Assembly (NCBI GenBank): GCA_000091205.1 | Contig: AP006494.2 | Direction: 5' to 3' (one strand) | Origin: Cyanidioschyzon merolae | Lineage: Eukaryota | Length of the DNA: 64,000 nucleotides | Shown here: piece by piece, positions 62,071 through 64,000 of the stretch | Layout: each line of letters begins with the position of its first letter | How positions within the stretch are numbered: position 1 is the stretch's first letter | Made by a program: the position numbers and the translations under genes | The notes under the pieces: generated by a model | Database searches by the model: none | What the model was told of the DNA's origin: nothing | What the model saw: the letters and a program-made list of their open reading frames with translations, nothing else

Positions 62071-64000
62071 ATGCCGTCAGCTCTCGATGCGCTCGCTGAG
62101 GCTGCAGTACTACAATCTATAGAGAGCAACAACGCGTCAGTTTCGTCGGATGTCAAGAAGCCGGTAGTCTGGGTGGACCCCCAGCGAACAAGCGATGTGA
62201 CTCGTGAGTGCACGACGTCGAACGCAGCGTCCACCGGGGGTTCAGGGCTTGCCTCCAGCGACGGCACTGCGACCGCTGTGAACTCGGACTTGAATCAGCG
62301 GGAGACGTCGCGCGTACCCGAGCGAACAGTCGTGGACGCAGAGCAGCAACAACACCAGCAAATCATTGGAACATTGTGCCAGTTGCGGAACGAGTCCATA
62401 CAGAAGTTTGATTCAGACAGTTACGCGCGTCAGAAGCACTCGTATTCGGAAAAACAATGTACGACAGATGCTGATAGTACGGGGCAGAGTTTCCTCGCGC
62501 AGGTGAAGCAAGAGCCACCGAGGGACGCGAACGCCGCAGTATGTATGCAGAGCAACCGTGAGCGGGCACTGCAAGCTGCACTAGCGTTCGGCTTTCGTGA
62601 CAAAGACGGCGAAATCACCCGCTGTCCCTGCGGAAGCAGCGCTTACCAGGGCTTTATGCTGGCCTGCGAGTCTTGCGGTGTCTGGCAGCACGGAAAATGC
62701 ATGGGTATTCGCCGCGCGGCAGATGCGCCTGATCAGTATTTCTGCGAATTGTGTCGCCCGGATCTTGTTCGTCAGCAATGCGTTATTTACGTAAGCAGTG
62801 CGACCGAACCGTCAAAGAAGAAGAAAAGCTCTCGGGGAAAGCGACCGGCGACAGAGAAAGCAAACAGTACGGACAGCAAGAGCACAAGTGGTCGTAGCGG
62901 GGCTAGTGCCGCCACAGCGCCAGCCGGTTCATTCGCTGCGAATGATCACGACAAGCCGGAAACGAACACCAGCGCTGCATCGGTTATGCAACGCACGTCA
63001 GAGAGCACTGACGTGTCGTCGATGACAAACCATTGCGCGGATGATGGAAGACCAGCAGTATGGTCCTCCGTCGACGGCAAGAAACCCGATGATATCGACA
63101 GCGGCAGTGGAAAAACAGAGACGAGTGCGCTGCTGGAAACGGAGCACAACTCCCCGAGACGCTCGCGCCACACAGCGCCGAAGACGACCACACCGGCGTT
63201 GAGCCCTCCGGTGCAGTCACGGACAGACCCGCAGACACCATCTTTGTTGTTTCCACAGTCGCCTGGCGGAAGTCTTAGCCGGGAGGAGCGGAAACTGCAG
63301 CATATCTTACAGCAATTCCAGCGCATGGAGGCGGAGGAAGAACGTCGGCGCCGTCGCGAGGCCGAGCAACACAACGTCCATGTGGAGCGGAGCCCCGGTG
63401 AAGGCAACCGCGGCACTAGCGGTTGCGGTAGCGCAACCGACTCAAGCACCGCCATGACAACAGCAACGACTGGCGTCCATGTGGAGCGTGCCCCAGTGAG
63501 TCCCAGGAAGTCAGCGCGTTCTGAACACGAAGCGAAGCGTGCACGTGGACCAGCGCGCGTGGGACGTAACCCAGGAGCGCCTTCCCCAGGTCAGGGTCTC
63601 GTGACGCATCACTGGGAAGAAACGGAGACTACATCGAGCAATGAGAGAATCGAGTCGCACGAGCGCCCGTCGTCGCCAACGCGTCAGTCGGAGCGCTCGC
63701 CTACGGTCGCATCTGCGGGTTCCGCAGCGGCAGCACCGGAGCATCCGAATAGTGCTTCCGTCGAGCTACCTGGCAGTAAGCGCGGAGCTACCCGTGGACA
63801 TTTAGCATCGGCATCGGAGAGTGATTCGAACGCTGGGAATCCGGTCCACCTGAGAATCCCCTTGCCCGCGAGCTTGTCGGCTTCTTTGCTGGGCAATATC
63901 TATGTCACCTGCGCACCGACAGATGCGACACCCGGAGATACCTACTCCAGTTCATCGTCGATGCAAATCGCTGCACCGCGAGCGTCCCCACTAGCCAGGG
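62071..64000 (+). CDS. PHD-finger protein (Cti6/Set3-like CxCG-type PHD), 3' end beyond window
   Basis: Frame 1 is open from the TAA at 61930 to the window end, with the first ATG at 62071. PHD: CPCGSSAYQGFMLACESCGVWQHGKCMGI..QYFCELCRP at about 62620-62760. A basic KKKKSSRGKR follows, and the tail is low-complexity. Confidence 0.6.
   Translation, partial: MPSALDALAEAAVLQSIESNNASVSSDVKKPVVWVDPQRTSDVTRECTTSNAASTGGSGLASSDGTATAVNSDLNQRETSRVPERTVVDAEQQQHQQIIGTLCQLRNESIQKFDSDSYARQKHSYSEKQCTTDADSTGQSFLAQVKQEPPRDANAAVCMQSNRERALQAALAFGFRDKDGEITRCPCGSSAYQGFMLACESCGVWQHGKCMGIRRAADAPDQYFCELCRPDLVRQQCVIYVSSATEPSKKKKSSRGKRPATEKANSTDSKSTSGRSGASAATAPAGSFAANDHDKPETNTSAASVMQRTSESTDVSSMTNHCADDGRPAVWSSVDGKKPDDIDSGSGKTETSALLETEHNSPRRSRHTAPKTTTPALSPPVQSRTDPQTPSLLFPQSPGGSLSREERKLQHILQQFQRMEAEEERRRRREAEQHNVHVERSPGEGNRGTSGCGSATDSSTAMTTATTGVHVERAPVSPRKSARSEHEAKRARGPARVGRNPGAPSPGQGLVTHHWEETETTSSNERIESHERPSSPTRQSERSPTVASAGSAAAAPEHPNSASVELPGSKRGATRGHLASASESDSNAGNPVHLRIPLPASLSASLLGNIYVTCAPTDATPGDTYSSSSSMQIAAPRASPLAR

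Noticed and set aside
1-64000. CRISPR arrays, rRNA genes, prokaryotic defence islands
   Set aside because: No short regularly spaced direct repeats with unique spacers, and no rRNA-like conserved blocks. The only regular repeats are coding microsatellites, the 107-bp and 69-bp duplications and the transposon-derived families described.

Overview
This 64-kb window looks like GC-rich, apparently intron-free nuclear DNA from a compact-genome unicellular eukaryote, with a disrupted Fanzor/TnpB-like RNA-guided-nuclease element family as its main accessory content. About 25 long uninterrupted ORFs lie on both strands, roughly one gene per 2.5-3 kb, and many contain in-frame trinucleotide microsatellites. 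Recognisable host genes are IMP dehydrogenase, riboflavin synthase, 8-oxoguanine glycosylase OGG1, prefoldin-4, an Mrp/NBP35 Fe-S ATPase, a reticulon, a UBA-UAS-UBX protein, PHD/ePHD proteins, a SHAQKYF-class MYB, an ACT-domain protein, and two AGC kinases (one a 2636-aa Greatwall/Rim15-like giant). A bacterial-type twin-arginine signal on a ChaN-like protein and several N-terminal presequences hint at a plastid-bearing alga, but the taxon cannot be fixed from sequence alone. The provided ORF track uses GTG/TTG starts, so ORF 5' ends are approximate. The accessory content comprises: a near-full-length but disrupted Fanzor copy at 36.9-39.8 kb (RuvC-I GADPG, RuvC-III NRDFHAAVNIRR, about 750 codons, one in-frame stop and one frameshift); fragments at 3.9-5.4, 18.8-19.9 and 29.9-30.9 kb; a conserved non-coding tail past the stop codon that abuts host gene start codons; a related left-end repeat as solo copies at 19.9-20.1 and 57.06-57.33 kb; and an almost perfect 2 x ~205-bp inverted repeat at 44.05-44.67 kb between two convergent genes. 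No rRNA, CRISPR or convincing tRNA was found by eye.
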